DNA from: a virus
Lineage: Duplodnaviria > Heunggongvirae > Uroviricota > Caudoviricetes
Virus record (IMG/VR): IMGVR_UViG_2713896798_000014
Strand: one strand, 5' to 3'
Length of the DNA stretch: 31,107 nt
This document shows, piece after piece, positions 1 through 8,856 of the stretch. The stretch's first letter is position 1; each line of letters starts with the position of its first letter. The notes under the pieces were generated by a model. The model was not told the origin of the DNA, did not search any database, and saw only the letters and a list, made by a program, of their open reading frames with translations. Position numbers and translations under genes: made by a program.

Positions 1-573
1 ATGTTTTGCGAAGAAAAAGTAGCTCAAATGGCTGCATACCTACTTCTTAAGCGAGGTGGGCGCATGGCATATCTGAAATTGATGAAGCTGCTCTATCTGT
101 CTAACCGCAAGTCGATTTTGAAGCATGGCAGGATGATCGGCGAAGATAGCCTTTACTCTATGAAATTTGGTCCAGTCATGTCGAATACGCTGAACTTGAT
201 TCGTGGTAAGGCTGAAGGCATTGGTGACTACTGGTACAACTTGATAGAGACGAACGGGCATGATGTGTTGTTGCGTTCAGATCCGAGGGAAATGGATGCA
301 GACGAGGTCTTTGATGAGTTGAGCCGTGCAGATATCCGGATTTTAGATGAAATCTATTCTCTGTATGGGCATATGAACCGATTTGATCTCGCAAACATGA
401 CGCATTTAGAAAGCGTTTGTCCAGAGTGGCACAATCCTGGCAATTCTCGTAAGCCTATAGACCTGAAAGAAATGCTGATCAGTGAGGGTAAAAGCGAGGA
501 TGAGGCTAATCGCATAATTGGCAAAATGGAAGAATCTCAGAAACTTAAGGAATTTTCTTTGCAATTATCATGA
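1..573 (+). CDS. Panacea-domain (DUF4065) SocA/GepA-like protein, putative antitoxin
   Basis: 190-aa ORF starting at window edge; core KLMKLLYLSNR...GEDSLYSMKFGPV resembles the conserved DUF4065 core as I recall it; stop overlaps next start (ATGA 570-573). True 5' end may lie outside the window. Confidence 0.55.
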   Translation: MFCEEKVAQMAAYLLLKRGGRMAYLKLMKLLYLSNRKSILKHGRMIGEDSLYSMKFGPVMSNTLNLIRGKAEGIGDYWYNLIETNGHDVLLRSDPREMDADEVFDELSRADIRILDEIYSLYGHMNRFDLANMTHLESVCPEWHNPGNSRKPIDLKEMLISEGKSEDEANRIIGKMEESQKLKEFSLQLS

Positions 574-989
574 CGGATTATCAGCCATACAGGAAAGGAA
601 CTGTGCTTGCCCCAACTGGGCCATGCAATCATCTTCATGTGATTTGTAATGATCCTGTTTATTACCCCGTTAACGATTGTTATTGTGTTTTAGTTGTTAA
701 TATTTCTAGTATCAAGGATGGGGTTCCCCACGATCCGTCTTGCGTCTTGAATTCAGGTGATCATCGCTTTATCAAGCATCCAAGTTATGTTGTTTACGCT
801 GAAGCTATAATTTGGCGAGTGGATAACATGGTTAGAAAGCAGCAATCGGGTGAGATTTCTGTTCATGATGATATGCCAGAAGCTACATTCAATAGAATTC
901 TGGACGGTTTTGATATATCTGATGAAGTTACGCCAAAGAACCTTAAATTTAAAAATAAATATTGCGTATCATCTATTGATGATGAGTAA
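570..989 (+). CDS. hypothetical protein, candidate toxin partner of the Panacea-domain gene
   Basis: 139-aa ORF translationally coupled to the upstream gene (4-nt overlap); no family recognised. Confidence 0.5.
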   Translation: MTDYQPYRKGTVLAPTGPCNHLHVICNDPVYYPVNDCYCVLVVNISSIKDGVPHDPSCVLNSGDHRFIKHPSYVVYAEAIIWRVDNMVRKQQSGEISVHDDMPEATFNRILDGFDISDEVTPKNLKFKNKYCVSSIDDE

Positions 990-1028
990 ACAACAGGAAT
1001 TGTTTCGGTATAACTTCTGGAGTTTTCT

Positions 1029-1202
1029 ATGGAAGATCAAAAAGCAACCAAGCCACAGGTTAAGTTCGACACAATGAAAGCATTCGCAGGTATGGGTGCT
1101 GCTGTTGAAGTTCTGATGAAGGCTGCTCCTAATGCGTTCACTCACGCTACTGTCTCTGGTAAAGAGCAGCAGGGTAAGCTTCGTCGTCGCAAAGCAGCAT
1201 GA
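1029..1202 (+). CDS. small hypothetical protein (57 aa)
   Basis: ATG at 1029 preceded by GGAG (1019-1022) with 6-nt spacer; ends just before a strong terminator; below the ORF-track length cutoff. Confidence 0.35.
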   Translation: MEDQKATKPQVKFDTMKAFAGMGAAVEVLMKAAPNAFTHATVSGKEQQGKLRRRKAA

Positions 1203-1221
1203 TCATAGCTGGTGCTTTTTG

Positions 1222-1248
1222 AAAACCCGCCTTCAGGCGGGTTTTTTC
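1222..1248. terminator. rho-independent terminator, likely bidirectional
   Basis: Stem ACCCGCC/GGCGGGT with TTCA loop, T6 run downstream and A-run upstream; lies between convergent genes. Confidence 0.7.
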
Positions 1249-1249
1249 T

Positions 1250-1531
1250 TTAGTGATGTTCTTTGCCCTTCTGTTTGACTGTTCTGACCTGTTCCCACTC
1301 GATACGTCCTTCTTCTCGCCTTTTGTCTATGTATTCCGCAAGATCTTGAATATTGATGCAACGTTTTGCTTTTTGTGATGTGCCGATGCGATATGTTGGA
1401 ACGGGCAACTTACAAGCGTTTGCTTTTGCTTCTGCCGTGGCTGGACTCATACCAAAGTACTTTTGGCTAACTGCTGAGAGTTCAATATTTGGGGTATTGA
1501 ATTCAGCCATCAGTAAAAACAAGGTGTTCAT
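1250..1531 (-). CDS. putative excisionase-like DNA-binding protein (DUF1233-type)
   Basis: Translation MNTLFLLMAEFNTP...YFGMSPATAEAKANACKLPVPTYRIG resembles phage putative-excisionase family; start chosen at ATG 1531 (GGAG 6 nt upstream) rather than track GTG at 1558. Confidence 0.55.
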   Translation of the reverse strand: MNTLFLLMAEFNTPNIELSAVSQKYFGMSPATAEAKANACKLPVPTYRIGTSQKAKRCINIQDLAEYIDKRREEGRIEWEQVRTVKQKGKEHH

Positions 1532-1567
1532 AATTTTCTCCATCAAAACCGGCTGCACCCGGGAAAA

Positions 1568-2140
1568 TCATAATTCTGTGCTGGTGGCAGGAATTAATTT
1601 CTGCCAGATAGCTGAAACATATTTTGCCTGATGACGAGCATCAGCCAGGGCGTTGTGCCGTTCGCCATCGAAAGGCATGTCCATTTTGGGGTCGAATCCG
1701 ATGGAACGCCCAAGCGTAACGATCGTGCGTACATCGTGATCATTCCAGTACGCCCATGGGCAGATTTGTCCTGCTCGTTCATAAGCTCCGCGTAAAATTA
1801 CGTTGTCGAAGGTGGCCCCGTTACCCCAAACTTTTAAATATTTCGTATTGTCTGCGTGCCGATTAATGAAATGGCTCAGTTCAGAGAGTGCATCGCTGAT
1901 CGACAAAGTATCATCAATACAGATTGCAGCTCGTGCTTCAGGGCTTTGTTTCAACCACCACAGGATGGTATCGCCGTCAGGTGTGGCCCCTTGCTCCATA
2001 GCACTGTCCAGGCTGACAACCGCATAAAATTCTTGTCCGATGTCTCCGGTTTCTGGAGTGAAGAACACCGCGCCAATGGAAACGATCGGTGCATCCTTAT
2101 TTTTCCCCATCGTCTCAAGGTCGATCATTAAGTTGTTCAT
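1568..2140 (-). CDS. DnaQ-like (DEDDh) 3'-5' exonuclease
   Basis: Exo motifs MIDLETMG, WGNGATFD and HNALADA in order; GGAGG 7 nt upstream of ATG 2140; start overlaps stop of upstream gene. Confidence 0.75.
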   Translation of the reverse strand: MNNLMIDLETMGKNKDAPIVSIGAVFFTPETGDIGQEFYAVVSLDSAMEQGATPDGDTILWWLKQSPEARAAICIDDTLSISDALSELSHFINRHADNTKYLKVWGNGATFDNVILRGAYERAGQICPWAYWNDHDVRTIVTLGRSIGFDPKMDMPFDGERHNALADARHQAKYVSAIWQKLIPATSTEL

Positions 2141-3039
2141 CACTTCACCTCCTGCGGCGGTTCCGGTAGCGGCATCCAGTGAGTTGCTTGCTCAATACCA
2201 TTACCCGGCTTAATCGTTGCATCTCCGCGCCGAAAAGTGCTTCCGGTATAGCGTGCGGAGCATATTAGCGGTTCAACCAGAGAGCTATCGAAATTCACCG
2301 AAATGAGCACGTTCTGGCCCTTTTCCGGCATTCGCTCACTACAGCTTATCCAACCATCCGGAGTTACCGGAAGCGAGAACGGCAGCACATCTCTGTGAAC
2401 AAGTTTTTGCTGTGACAGGTTATCCAGAACTTTCTGTACTGCTGCATCACCGAATACACCAAGCGCATCTGCCATAACTCCTACAACCTGATAAGCCTCA
2501 GCGCATACCGTGGATAAACCATCCGGAATTACCGGAGAGTTGCCATTTATATCGAAGTTTGGCTCTGCGTCCTGAACCAGGAGGATGTAACCATTCTTGG
2601 CAGTATCAAGTTCTAACGCCTCGGTGACGGTGCCGAAATAGCGATTACCTAAATCAGCATCACAAGTGCTTACATCAATGGAAACTTCCATGCCTTCGAT
2701 TAATTCTGGCAAGTTGTAAGTTTGGCTTACAGGTTGGCTACCCTGAAGCATGGAGGCGCGGTGACACCAGATAATCCAGCCAAGCGCCATATCCCATGCC
2801 ATGTATTCTCTATCGCCATTTTTTGCCCTACGGCGATCTACAGATTCCCCGAAACGCTTCTCCATAAATAATTCATAGGCTGCTCGTTCATCCGATACTG
2901 CTGCCAGTGATGCCAGTGCAATTTTTAATGCGGTAAGCATGTTGTTTTGATCTTCATCGAGTCCGAACGGTATTTCATCCCGTGCTGACTCAATGCTGGT
3001 AATCGTGTTCTGTAACCATTCTTTGGTAAGAGTATTCAT
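2140..3039 (-). CDS. Ead/Ea22-like phage protein with C-terminal DUF551-like region
   Basis: N-terminus MNTLTKEWLQNTITSIE shared with the neighbouring ORF (3235-3702); C-terminal W...MPLPEPP pattern. Confidence 0.55.
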   Translation of the reverse strand: MNTLTKEWLQNTITSIESARDEIPFGLDEDQNNMLTALKIALASLAAVSDERAAYELFMEKRFGESVDRRRAKNGDREYMAWDMALGWIIWCHRASMLQGSQPVSQTYNLPELIEGMEVSIDVSTCDADLGNRYFGTVTEALELDTAKNGYILLVQDAEPNFDINGNSPVIPDGLSTVCAEAYQVVGVMADALGVFGDAAVQKVLDNLSQQKLVHRDVLPFSLPVTPDGWISCSERMPEKGQNVLISVNFDSSLVEPLICSARYTGSTFRRGDATIKPGNGIEQATHWMPLPEPPQEVK

Positions 3040-3041
3040 AA

Positions 3042-3233
3042 CTATTTCACCTTAATCTCAACATTTCGCAGCTTTAGCTCTACTGGCAAGTCTGACTTTC
3101 CTGTTAATGCTAATGCGAGATTTTCAGGAGTAATGAGAGCTGTTATTGTTTTCCCCATCGCCAGACGAATAATCATTCGTATCTCGCGATCGTCACATGC
3201 TCCCGGTCGAACAATTGATATTTGTCCGTTCAT
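3042..3233 (-). CDS. hypothetical small phage protein
   Basis: Start placed at ATG 3233 (AGGAGA 5 nt upstream) rather than track start 3254; no family recognised. Confidence 0.45.
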   Translation of the reverse strand: MNGQISIVRPGACDDREIRMIIRLAMGKTITALITPENLALALTGKSDLPVELKLRNVEIKVK

Positions 3234-3234
3234 C

Positions 3235-3702
3235 TCACTCTCCTTTGATGCCAATGTTTACAGCCTGACAAGCCTCTTTGAGCACCCAGTCAACAGCGTC
3301 TTTCCATGCTCCGGTTTCGACTGGCGGATTTTCACTCTTAACCTGTTCATAGAAGCGCACCGCTTTAATCAATCCTTCGGGTGTCAGTGGCACAGGCTGG
3401 GCCGTGAATAACGCCTGAATTTCATAGTTCGGCCTGTCGTTGCAATCCTCTTTTGTCGGTACATATTTCCAGTCACCAACCCACGGCTTCTCCTGAAAGT
3501 TCGTAACGCCTTTTCTCACGTAGCGATATCGCCATGTCACCGGTTCGGCTTCCAGCGATGCCAGCGCGACTTTAAATGCGGTAAGTACGTTTTTAACCAC
3601 ATCGATTTTGAATACTATTTCATCACATACAAACGATTTATCGTCTACTACCGTTTCAATTCCGGTAATCGTGTTTTGTAGCCATTTGGTTAATTCAGCC
3701 AT
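3235..3702 (-). CDS. Ead/Ea22-like phage protein
   Basis: N-terminus MAELTKWLQNTITGIE paralogous to the 2140-3039 gene; GC hairpin (3712-3728) immediately 5' of start on the coding strand. Confidence 0.55.
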   Translation of the reverse strand: MAELTKWLQNTITGIETVVDDKSFVCDEIVFKIDVVKNVLTAFKVALASLEAEPVTWRYRYVRKGVTNFQEKPWVGDWKYVPTKEDCNDRPNYEIQALFTAQPVPLTPEGLIKAVRFYEQVKSENPPVETGAWKDAVDWVLKEACQAVNIGIKGE

Positions 3703-3837
3703 TTTTCATTACCGCCCTTTCGGGCGGTCTCCTGATGTTCTGAGGGTGCAGGAATCCCTCCGGTTAAGGATTAAATTTTATTTACAGAACTGAATTTAAT
3801 TATTCAGATATACGTATCTGTAACCTTACGAACCTAC

Positions 3838-4011
3838 TCACTGGCTGCCTCCTTTGCGGATCTGCGCTGCGATGCACGAAAAAAAAGACTCTCGCGTATG
3901 ACTGTTAAGAGCTGGCGCGAACGCCGCGTTAAGAACGGCAGTATCACAGCCGTCATCGATATAGAGCGCAATTTTTTTCTCCAGGCGTGCTTTGGCTTCC
4001 TGCAACTGCAT
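3838..4011 (-). CDS. possible small ORF (57 aa), weak
   Basis: Hand translation MQLQEAKARLEKKIALYIDDGCDTAVLN...; weak ribosome-binding context; competes with a 118-aa arginine-rich ORF in another frame that looks non-coding. Confidence 0.25.
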   Translation of the reverse strand: MQLQEAKARLEKKIALYIDDGCDTAVLNAAFAPALNSHTRESFFSCIAAQIRKGGSQ

Positions 4012-4069
4012 ACCCCGGCACGCACGCGGGATATACTCAGCAATTTGAGCGATAGATTTTTCGTTCTGT

Positions 4070-4273
4070 TTAAATATGCTTCACCTCGATAGGCTTGATG
4101 GTATCGATCAGCAGTCGGCGGCGAGTATTTTCTGCAAAGTGGCGGCGTCCGTTTTCTTTGTGGTAAAACTCGTTTTTTCCGACGACCCACATCCGCTTTG
4201 TCTGGTGCAGTTTTTTTACCTGCGGACCGTCTCGGGTGATAACAATTCCCGTATGAGTTTTTATCACGCTCAT
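4070..4273 (-). CDS. hypothetical small protein (position of yfdT in CPS-53-like cluster)
   Basis: 67-aa ORF, start overlaps stop of upstream gene (coupled); GGAG upstream. Confidence 0.5.
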   Translation of the reverse strand: MSVIKTHTGIVITRDGPQVKKLHQTKRMWVVGKNEFYHKENGRRHFAENTRRRLLIDTIKPIEVKHI

Positions 4274-4632
4274 TTCTTATTCTCCGGTGCTTTCGGCATT
4301 ACTGCCCAGTGAGTGATATTGACCTTTTCAAGGTCCCCGACCTGAAATGTCCACTGCCATTCTCCGGTTTCTTTTTGTCCCCAGGTGTACCAGAGAGAAC
4401 GCCAGCCAATTAGCCAGCCTTCTCCGTTAGCATCAAATAACAGAACACTTTCATTTGCTGGCGGCAGTTCAGCTGACACTGGTATTATTTTGTTTTCCAG
4501 TGCCGCACATTTAGCTTCAAGCGCATCGAATTTACGTACCAGGTACTCAGCATTTGTTTCATTCACTTTCAGATCTCGCGGTACACATTTCCCGCGAAGA
4601 AACCCTTCCATTTCGAAAACATTCATGCGCAT
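4270..4632 (-). CDS. yfdS: DUF551-like phage protein, YfdS-like
   Basis: 120 aa, same length as K-12 YfdS as recalled; C-terminal W...HWAVMPKAPE pattern; GGAG 8 nt upstream of ATG 4632. Confidence 0.55.
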   Translation of the reverse strand: MRMNVFEMEGFLRGKCVPRDLKVNETNAEYLVRKFDALEAKCAALENKIIPVSAELPPANESVLLFDANGEGWLIGWRSLWYTWGQKETGEWQWTFQVGDLEKVNITHWAVMPKAPENKK

Positions 4633-5159
4633 TTGCGTAACTCCGATAACTCGTTAAAACGTTCCATAAACATCCCGTAGGCATGGCCTGGCGACAGTGG
4701 AATAACTTTGAACATCTCTGTTGCCGGGATACCTTCCAGAACAGGCCAGAAAGAGCCATCATCAAGCCCGAGATCACGGCGTTCGGTTGCCAGCATAATG
4801 AGATCGGCATATTTCACTGGCGTGCTCATAACAGGAGGTAACCCGTATTTCTCACGGATTACGGCGTCTATTTTTTCTTCCATCCGTTTATAGTCAGGAA
4901 GAAGTCGTTTCAGTGGCGCGGGGATGTCCTGGCAATATGCTTCTGTTGCATCATGCATTAACGCTTCAAAAGCAAATTCTTGCGGCACCAGCTGGCTGCA
5001 AAGCACCGCATGCTGGGCGACACTGTAGAAGTGTGAAAGATGTCCTGCAAAGCGACAGATATTTGAAAGGGAAACTGCGATATCGTTAATATCGATGTTG
5101 TCTTTATTTATCCTGTCATAATAAAAATGCTTCCCGGAAAAAGTTTTAATAAATGACAT
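4623..5159 (-). CDS. yfdR: HD-domain phosphohydrolase (5'-deoxynucleotidase-like), YfdR-like
   Basis: H..HD metal-binding pattern (SVAQHAV...ALMHDATEAY); start set at ATG 5159 (GGAG + 6 nt) giving 178 aa, matching K-12 YfdR length as recalled. Confidence 0.7.
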   Translation of the reverse strand: MSFIKTFSGKHFYYDRINKDNIDINDIAVSLSNICRFAGHLSHFYSVAQHAVLCSQLVPQEFAFEALMHDATEAYCQDIPAPLKRLLPDYKRMEEKIDAVIREKYGLPPVMSTPVKYADLIMLATERRDLGLDDGSFWPVLEGIPATEMFKVIPLSPGHAYGMFMERFNELSELRKCA

Positions 5160-5286
5160 TTTGTTCTCCACGTATATGCGCTGCACTGCGCTGAGCTCGG
5201 GTAAAAGGAAGCCCTCACCATCCGGCGATTATTGAGTCAATTACGTTTCCATAAATGCCCCCGCAGGGGCATTTGCAGTAATGAAA

Positions 5287-6111
5287 TCAGGCGGTGAAAG
5301 TACCAATAAAGGTTTCTACTTTGCTGTCCTTGAATTTCTCAACAAGCAGATCACGAAATTCGTTAGCCATTTCTTCCTGGACTGCTTCCAGCTGAATAAT
5401 GCGCAGAACCAGTACAGGACGATCGCCAGTGATAATGCTGAGGCGTAATTTAAACGGACGTTCTTTCAGGCCTTCAAACGGAACGCATTTAAATTCAAAT
5501 GCCACTGGCATAATGTCTTTGGTCTTCGCTTCGACAGACTCCATCAGGGAGCGTTTGCCGCTGAAGTCATTATCTTCAAAATCAGCGGTCTGGTTTGCTT
5601 CAATCGTGATTTTACGGACTGCCGCAGCCGCTTTTGTTGCCTGAATGGTGTCACCATTAGCATCAAAGCCTACAAGGTAGTCGGCCCAGTCTTCGATCCA
5701 TTCTGCCAGTGACTTCTGGGAGTTACGCTCGCCATTAACAGACAACAGAGCAGAGAACGGTGCTGTCTTTTTCAGTTTGAGAGTGGCAGTGTTATCTGCG
5801 TGACCTGGTTCATCAATAGTACCCAGGTTAAGCACACTGACGGCACGCATATTATCGGCATCGATAAAGCAGCGGGTGCCTTCATCTGCAAGATCTTTAG
5901 AATAACGGGTAAAGTCATCGATGCTGGCAGTGGAAAGCGCACCACGGAAACGGAAGCGATTTAAATTAAATTTTTCCAGATCATGAATGCGGAAATTCTC
6001 AGGCAATGCCACAGCATCGGCACCAATCTTACTGATAATTTCATTAACACCCTGAGCAGAAATAAGGGCATGGATTTGATTAATTGCGGTTGCGTCTAAG
6101 TTCTGAGACAT
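5287..6111 (-). CDS. yfdQ: YfdQ-like protein (DUF2303 family)
   Basis: 274 aa, same length and gene-order position as K-12 CPS-53 YfdQ as recalled; GAGGA upstream. Confidence 0.65.
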   Translation of the reverse strand: MSQNLDATAINQIHALISAQGVNEIISKIGADAVALPENFRIHDLEKFNLNRFRFRGALSTASIDDFTRYSKDLADEGTRCFIDADNMRAVSVLNLGTIDEPGHADNTATLKLKKTAPFSALLSVNGERNSQKSLAEWIEDWADYLVGFDANGDTIQATKAAAAVRKITIEANQTADFEDNDFSGKRSLMESVEAKTKDIMPVAFEFKCVPFEGLKERPFKLRLSIITGDRPVLVLRIIQLEAVQEEMANEFRDLLVEKFKDSKVETFIGTFTA

Positions 6112-6176
6112 AATAAGTCCTCACTATATAAAGATATTCAGTGATGAGATAAATAATCAGTTAATTAAGAACGATA

Positions 6177-6539
6177 TTAATGACCTGCTGCGCGTAGTTT
6201 TCCGTCAGGTTCACCGGCAAGAGTCAGTAATTGTCCCTGGTCTTCCTGCAGAATAGTCAGGCGACCACCGCGATTGACATACATCGGCGTTTCGGTGGTG
6301 TCTTCTTCGGAAATTTTCCCGCGGTTAGTCGGGCGAACATATGAGAGTTTGTGTTTGATTTTCACACGGTTCTCATCAAATGGTTCGATTTCCAGGTTGA
6401 GTGAGACCTTACCTTTGGTTTTCGTGTTCATCACACCGGAAGCGACTTCACTGAGAACTGCGCCGATTTTGGTTTCAAATACGCCGCCGTCCAGCTCCCC
6501 GATAAATGCCTGCACATCAGTACTGCGTTCGCTAGCCAT
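6177..6539 (-). CDS. hypothetical phage protein (YfdP-position)
   Basis: Start set at ATG 6539 (GAGGAG + 7 nt); the 62-codon in-frame upstream extension in the track is Cys/Arg/His-rich and overlaps an RNA hairpin. Confidence 0.55.
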   Translation of the reverse strand: MASERSTDVQAFIGELDGGVFETKIGAVLSEVASGVMNTKTKGKVSLNLEIEPFDENRVKIKHKLSYVRPTNRGKISEEDTTETPMYVNRGGRLTILQEDQGQLLTLAGEPDGKLRAAGH

Positions 6540-6587
6540 TTTGCTGCTCCTCATCATATCGACCCTGCAAGGTCGGTTGGTTTCTCC

Positions 6588-6721
6588 ACAAAACAGAGAA
6601 GAACACCTGCGGTGGCAGCCGCCCGGATGGATTGGGTTATGAGCCCGTCGTCCGGTGATGCTCTTCTCTGTTTTGTAAAAAGAGCGGTACCAGCCGGAAG
6701 CAAGTGTACAAACTGGTACCG
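6588..6721 (-). promoter_or_regulatory. nutL-like element: boxA-like CGCTCTTTTTA plus two long hairpins in the leftward leader
   Basis: Minus-strand CGCTCTTTTTACAA (6686-6673) matches the boxA consensus with one extra T; perfect 15-bp stem 6588-6602/6662-6676 (59-nt loop) and perfect 9-bp stem 6685-6693/6713-6721. Confidence 0.45.
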
Positions 6722-7153
6722 CCAAAGCAGTGGCTGTTGTGGTGATCGGTGATGATCTCCGGCTTGCGGTTATTTCAGACTCTCACGGGCATTTAATTGC
6801 CCCGCCGAACAGCTCTTTTCCGCAATAGCTGCAATGTCTTTCGCGCATCAGCCTGCGCATTCACCACAACGCTGAGAGCACTTAGCCAGTTACGGCACCA
6901 CACTTTGTCGCGGTTCCATAAATGCCCTCATAGTTGCACCCTGGTCTCTTCCCAGGCGTCAAACCGAATCGCCACGCTGGTTAGGCGTCTTATCAGCATC
7001 ATCATTGACTTGCACATTCCGGCTACCTGGTTTGTTTGCCCGAGCAAGGAGTGGATTGTCCCCTTTAACGTCCCCAGACCGCTAACGACGCATGTGCCAT
7101 ACGCCGTGTTACAACCAAATTTTGTTAGTACCTTGTTTGTTGGTCTGGAAAGA

Positions 7154-7206
7154 AAGATAAAATGAAGTTGCGTATTATGCAAGTATTTTTGTTGCGAGAT
7201 ATGCAA
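7154..7206 (-). promoter_or_regulatory. candidate pL with two operator dyads (OL-like)
   Basis: Two 15-bp dyads TTGCGTATTATGCAA (7168-7182) and TTGCGAGATATGCAA (7192-7206), 24 bp apart; minus-strand -35 TTGCAT (7182-7177) and -10 TATCTT (7159-7154) with 17-bp spacer. Confidence 0.45.
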
Positions 7207-7220
7207 TTTGATGGGTAATG

Positions 7221-7240
7221 AAAAGCCACCTTCGGGTGGC
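7221..7240 (-). terminator. rho-independent terminator downstream of the repressor gene
   Basis: GCCACC-TTCG-GGTGGC hairpin followed on the minus strand by TTTT; 20 nt past the cI stop. Confidence 0.6.
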
Positions 7241-7261
7241 TAATTGATGAGGAGGTAAGGG

Positions 7262-7954
7262 TTAATTGTGTCGCTTAAGGGTTTGTGACTGGCTGATTAA
7301 GACCTTTCCAAAGACCATAAACCGGTGTTCATTTTCGCTGGTAATTCCCCATTCACGATAAATCTGGTTATCAGAAATCACCAGTAGTTTGTCAGGTATC
7401 ATTTGCAGTCGTTTGACATAAATTTTATCATCAAAACCAAATACATAGATACCATCTCCATCAAACTGATTGATACTGACATCAACGAAGATGAGATCTC
7501 CTGGCTCAATGGTTGGACACATACTGTCCCCACGAACGTTGATAACTTTAATGTGATTTGCTGGCCGTCCGCCAAACATCGATACAGCATTATCAGTTCT
7601 GTATTCAATGGCATGAATCACATCAATGACATCTCCGCCCTGGATAAGGCCATTTCCCGCACTGGCACTGATATCCAGCATTTCAATACGGAATACATCC
7701 TTCACCTGCGCAATATCCTCACTAATACTGTTTTTACATACAGTATTACTTTTGAAGTCTGAGGTAAAGAGATCAGCAATATCAACACCTAAGCTCCTGG
7801 CAATATTACTCAGGGCTTGTTCAGTGAATTGTTTCTGCTTACCTGTTTCGAGGCGCGAGATATTCGCCGCATCCACTCCTATTGCTTCAGCGAGATCGGC
7901 GATTTTCATGTTCTTCGCCTGGCGAAGTTGTCTGACTCGATTTCCTATGTTCAT
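7262..7954 (-). CDS. cI: CI-type prophage repressor (HTH + LexA-like S24 peptidase domain)
   Basis: N-terminal HTH (RVRQLRQAKNMKIADLAEAIGVDAANISRLETG) and C-terminal S24 pattern with G-D-S-M (VRGDSMCPTIEPGDLIFVD...YVKRL). Confidence 0.85.
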   Translation of the reverse strand: MNIGNRVRQLRQAKNMKIADLAEAIGVDAANISRLETGKQKQFTEQALSNIARSLGVDIADLFTSDFKSNTVCKNSISEDIAQVKDVFRIEMLDISASAGNGLIQGGDVIDVIHAIEYRTDNAVSMFGGRPANHIKVINVRGDSMCPTIEPGDLIFVDVSINQFDGDGIYVFGFDDKIYVKRLQMIPDKLLVISDNQIYREWGITSENEHRFMVFGKVLISQSQTLKRHN

Positions 7955-7974
7955 GCGTTTATTACATTTCTTTA

Positions 7975-8037
7975 TTGCGCGTTAAGCAAATCAACTTGCG
8001 CAAAATATTTGCGTGAAATAATATGCTCATCACGCAA
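7975..8037. promoter_or_regulatory. OR-like operator cluster and divergent promoters between cI and cro
   Basis: Three dyad elements at 24-bp spacing: TTGCGCGTTAAGCAA (7975-7989), CGCAAAATATTTGCG (7999-8013), ATGCTCATCACGCAA (8023-8037); candidate rightward promoter -35 TTGCGC (7996-8001), -10 TAATAT (8019-8024). Confidence 0.45.
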
Positions 8038-8051
8038 TATGTGGAGGTTAT

Positions 8052-8312
8052 ATGCAATCACCATTACGGAATGTGCGTAAGGCGCACGGATTTACTTTGC
8101 AGCATGTTGCTGCGGGCGTTCAGGTCAATCCAGCGACGCTGAGTCGTATTGAAAGACTGGAACAAATTCCATCTATCGAGCTTGCAGAACGTCTGGCCAA
8201 TTTTTTTAAGGGAGAAATCAGCGAAATGCAGATTCTCTATCCTGCACGCTTTCAATCTAGTCAAAACCGGAATGAGTTAAAACCACAGGAACAGGAGGTA
8301 AGCCGTGGGTAA
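8052..8312 (+). CDS. cro: Cro-like HTH regulator
   Basis: 86 aa, divergent from cI; HTH segment GFTLQHVAAGVQVNPATLSRIER; GGAGG upstream. Confidence 0.7.
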   Translation: MQSPLRNVRKAHGFTLQHVAAGVQVNPATLSRIERLEQIPSIELAERLANFFKGEISEMQILYPARFQSSQNRNELKPQEQEVSRG

Positions 8313-8856
8313 GCATCACTGGAAAGTGGAAAAACAGCCTGAGTGGTACGTGAAAGCTGTCAGAAAAACTATCGCGGCGTTGCCGGGGGGTTACGCTGAA
8401 GCTGCTGAGTGGCTGGATGTAACAGAGAACGCTTTATTCAACCGCCTTCGTGCCGATGGCGATCAGTTTTTTCCGTTGGGATGGGCAATGGTTTTACAGC
8501 GTGCGGCTGGTACTCACCACATTGCGGATGCTGTCGCACAGTCTGCTGGTGGGGTGTTTGTATCACTTCCAGAAATTGAGGAAGTAGAGAACGCCGATAT
8601 AAACCAGCGCCTGCTGGAAGTCATCGAACAGATCGGGAGTTACTCAAAGCAGATTCGTTCGGCAATCGAAGATGGGGTAGTGGAGCCACACGAGCAGACA
8701 GCAATTAATGATGAGTTGTATCTGTCAATTTCGAAGCTCCAGGAGCATGCAGCACTGGTCTACAAAATCTTCTGCGCTCCAGAAAAGAGTAACGCCCGCG
8801 AGTGTGCAGCTCCGGGCGTCGTGGCGTTTTGTGTCTGTGGAGAAACTAACGCATGA
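8305..8856 (+). CDS. CII-like phage regulatory protein (family uncertain)
   Basis: GTG start with AGGAGG 6 nt upstream; position after cro; motif ...NRLRADGDQFFPLGWAMVLQRAAGTHHIADAVAQSAGGVFVSLP resembles enterobacterial CII-like regulators as recalled. Confidence 0.45.
   Translation: MGKHHWKVEKQPEWYVKAVRKTIAALPGGYAEAAEWLDVTENALFNRLRADGDQFFPLGWAMVLQRAAGTHHIADAVAQSAGGVFVSLPEIEEVENADINQRLLEVIEQIGSYSKQIRSAIEDGVVEPHEQTAINDELYLSISKLQEHAALVYKIFCAPEKSNARECAAPGVVAFCVCGETNA

Noticed and set aside
3834-4190. 118-aa minus-strand ORF in the track
   Set aside because: Product is extremely Arg/Lys/Cys-rich and overlaps the better-supported 4070-4273 gene in another frame; looks like a non-coding frame.
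6540-6725. 62-codon N-terminal extension of the 6177-6725 ORF
   Set aside because: A strong GAGGAG ribosome-binding site precedes the internal ATG at 6539; the extension is Cys/Arg/His-rich and overlaps the long RNA hairpin.
6797-7206. ORFs 6797-7165 (+) and 6928-7206 (-) as a possible N-like antiterminator gene
   Set aside because: Neither has an arginine-rich N-terminus or a ribosome-binding site; the minus ORF starts inside the operator dyad and is probably leader sequence.
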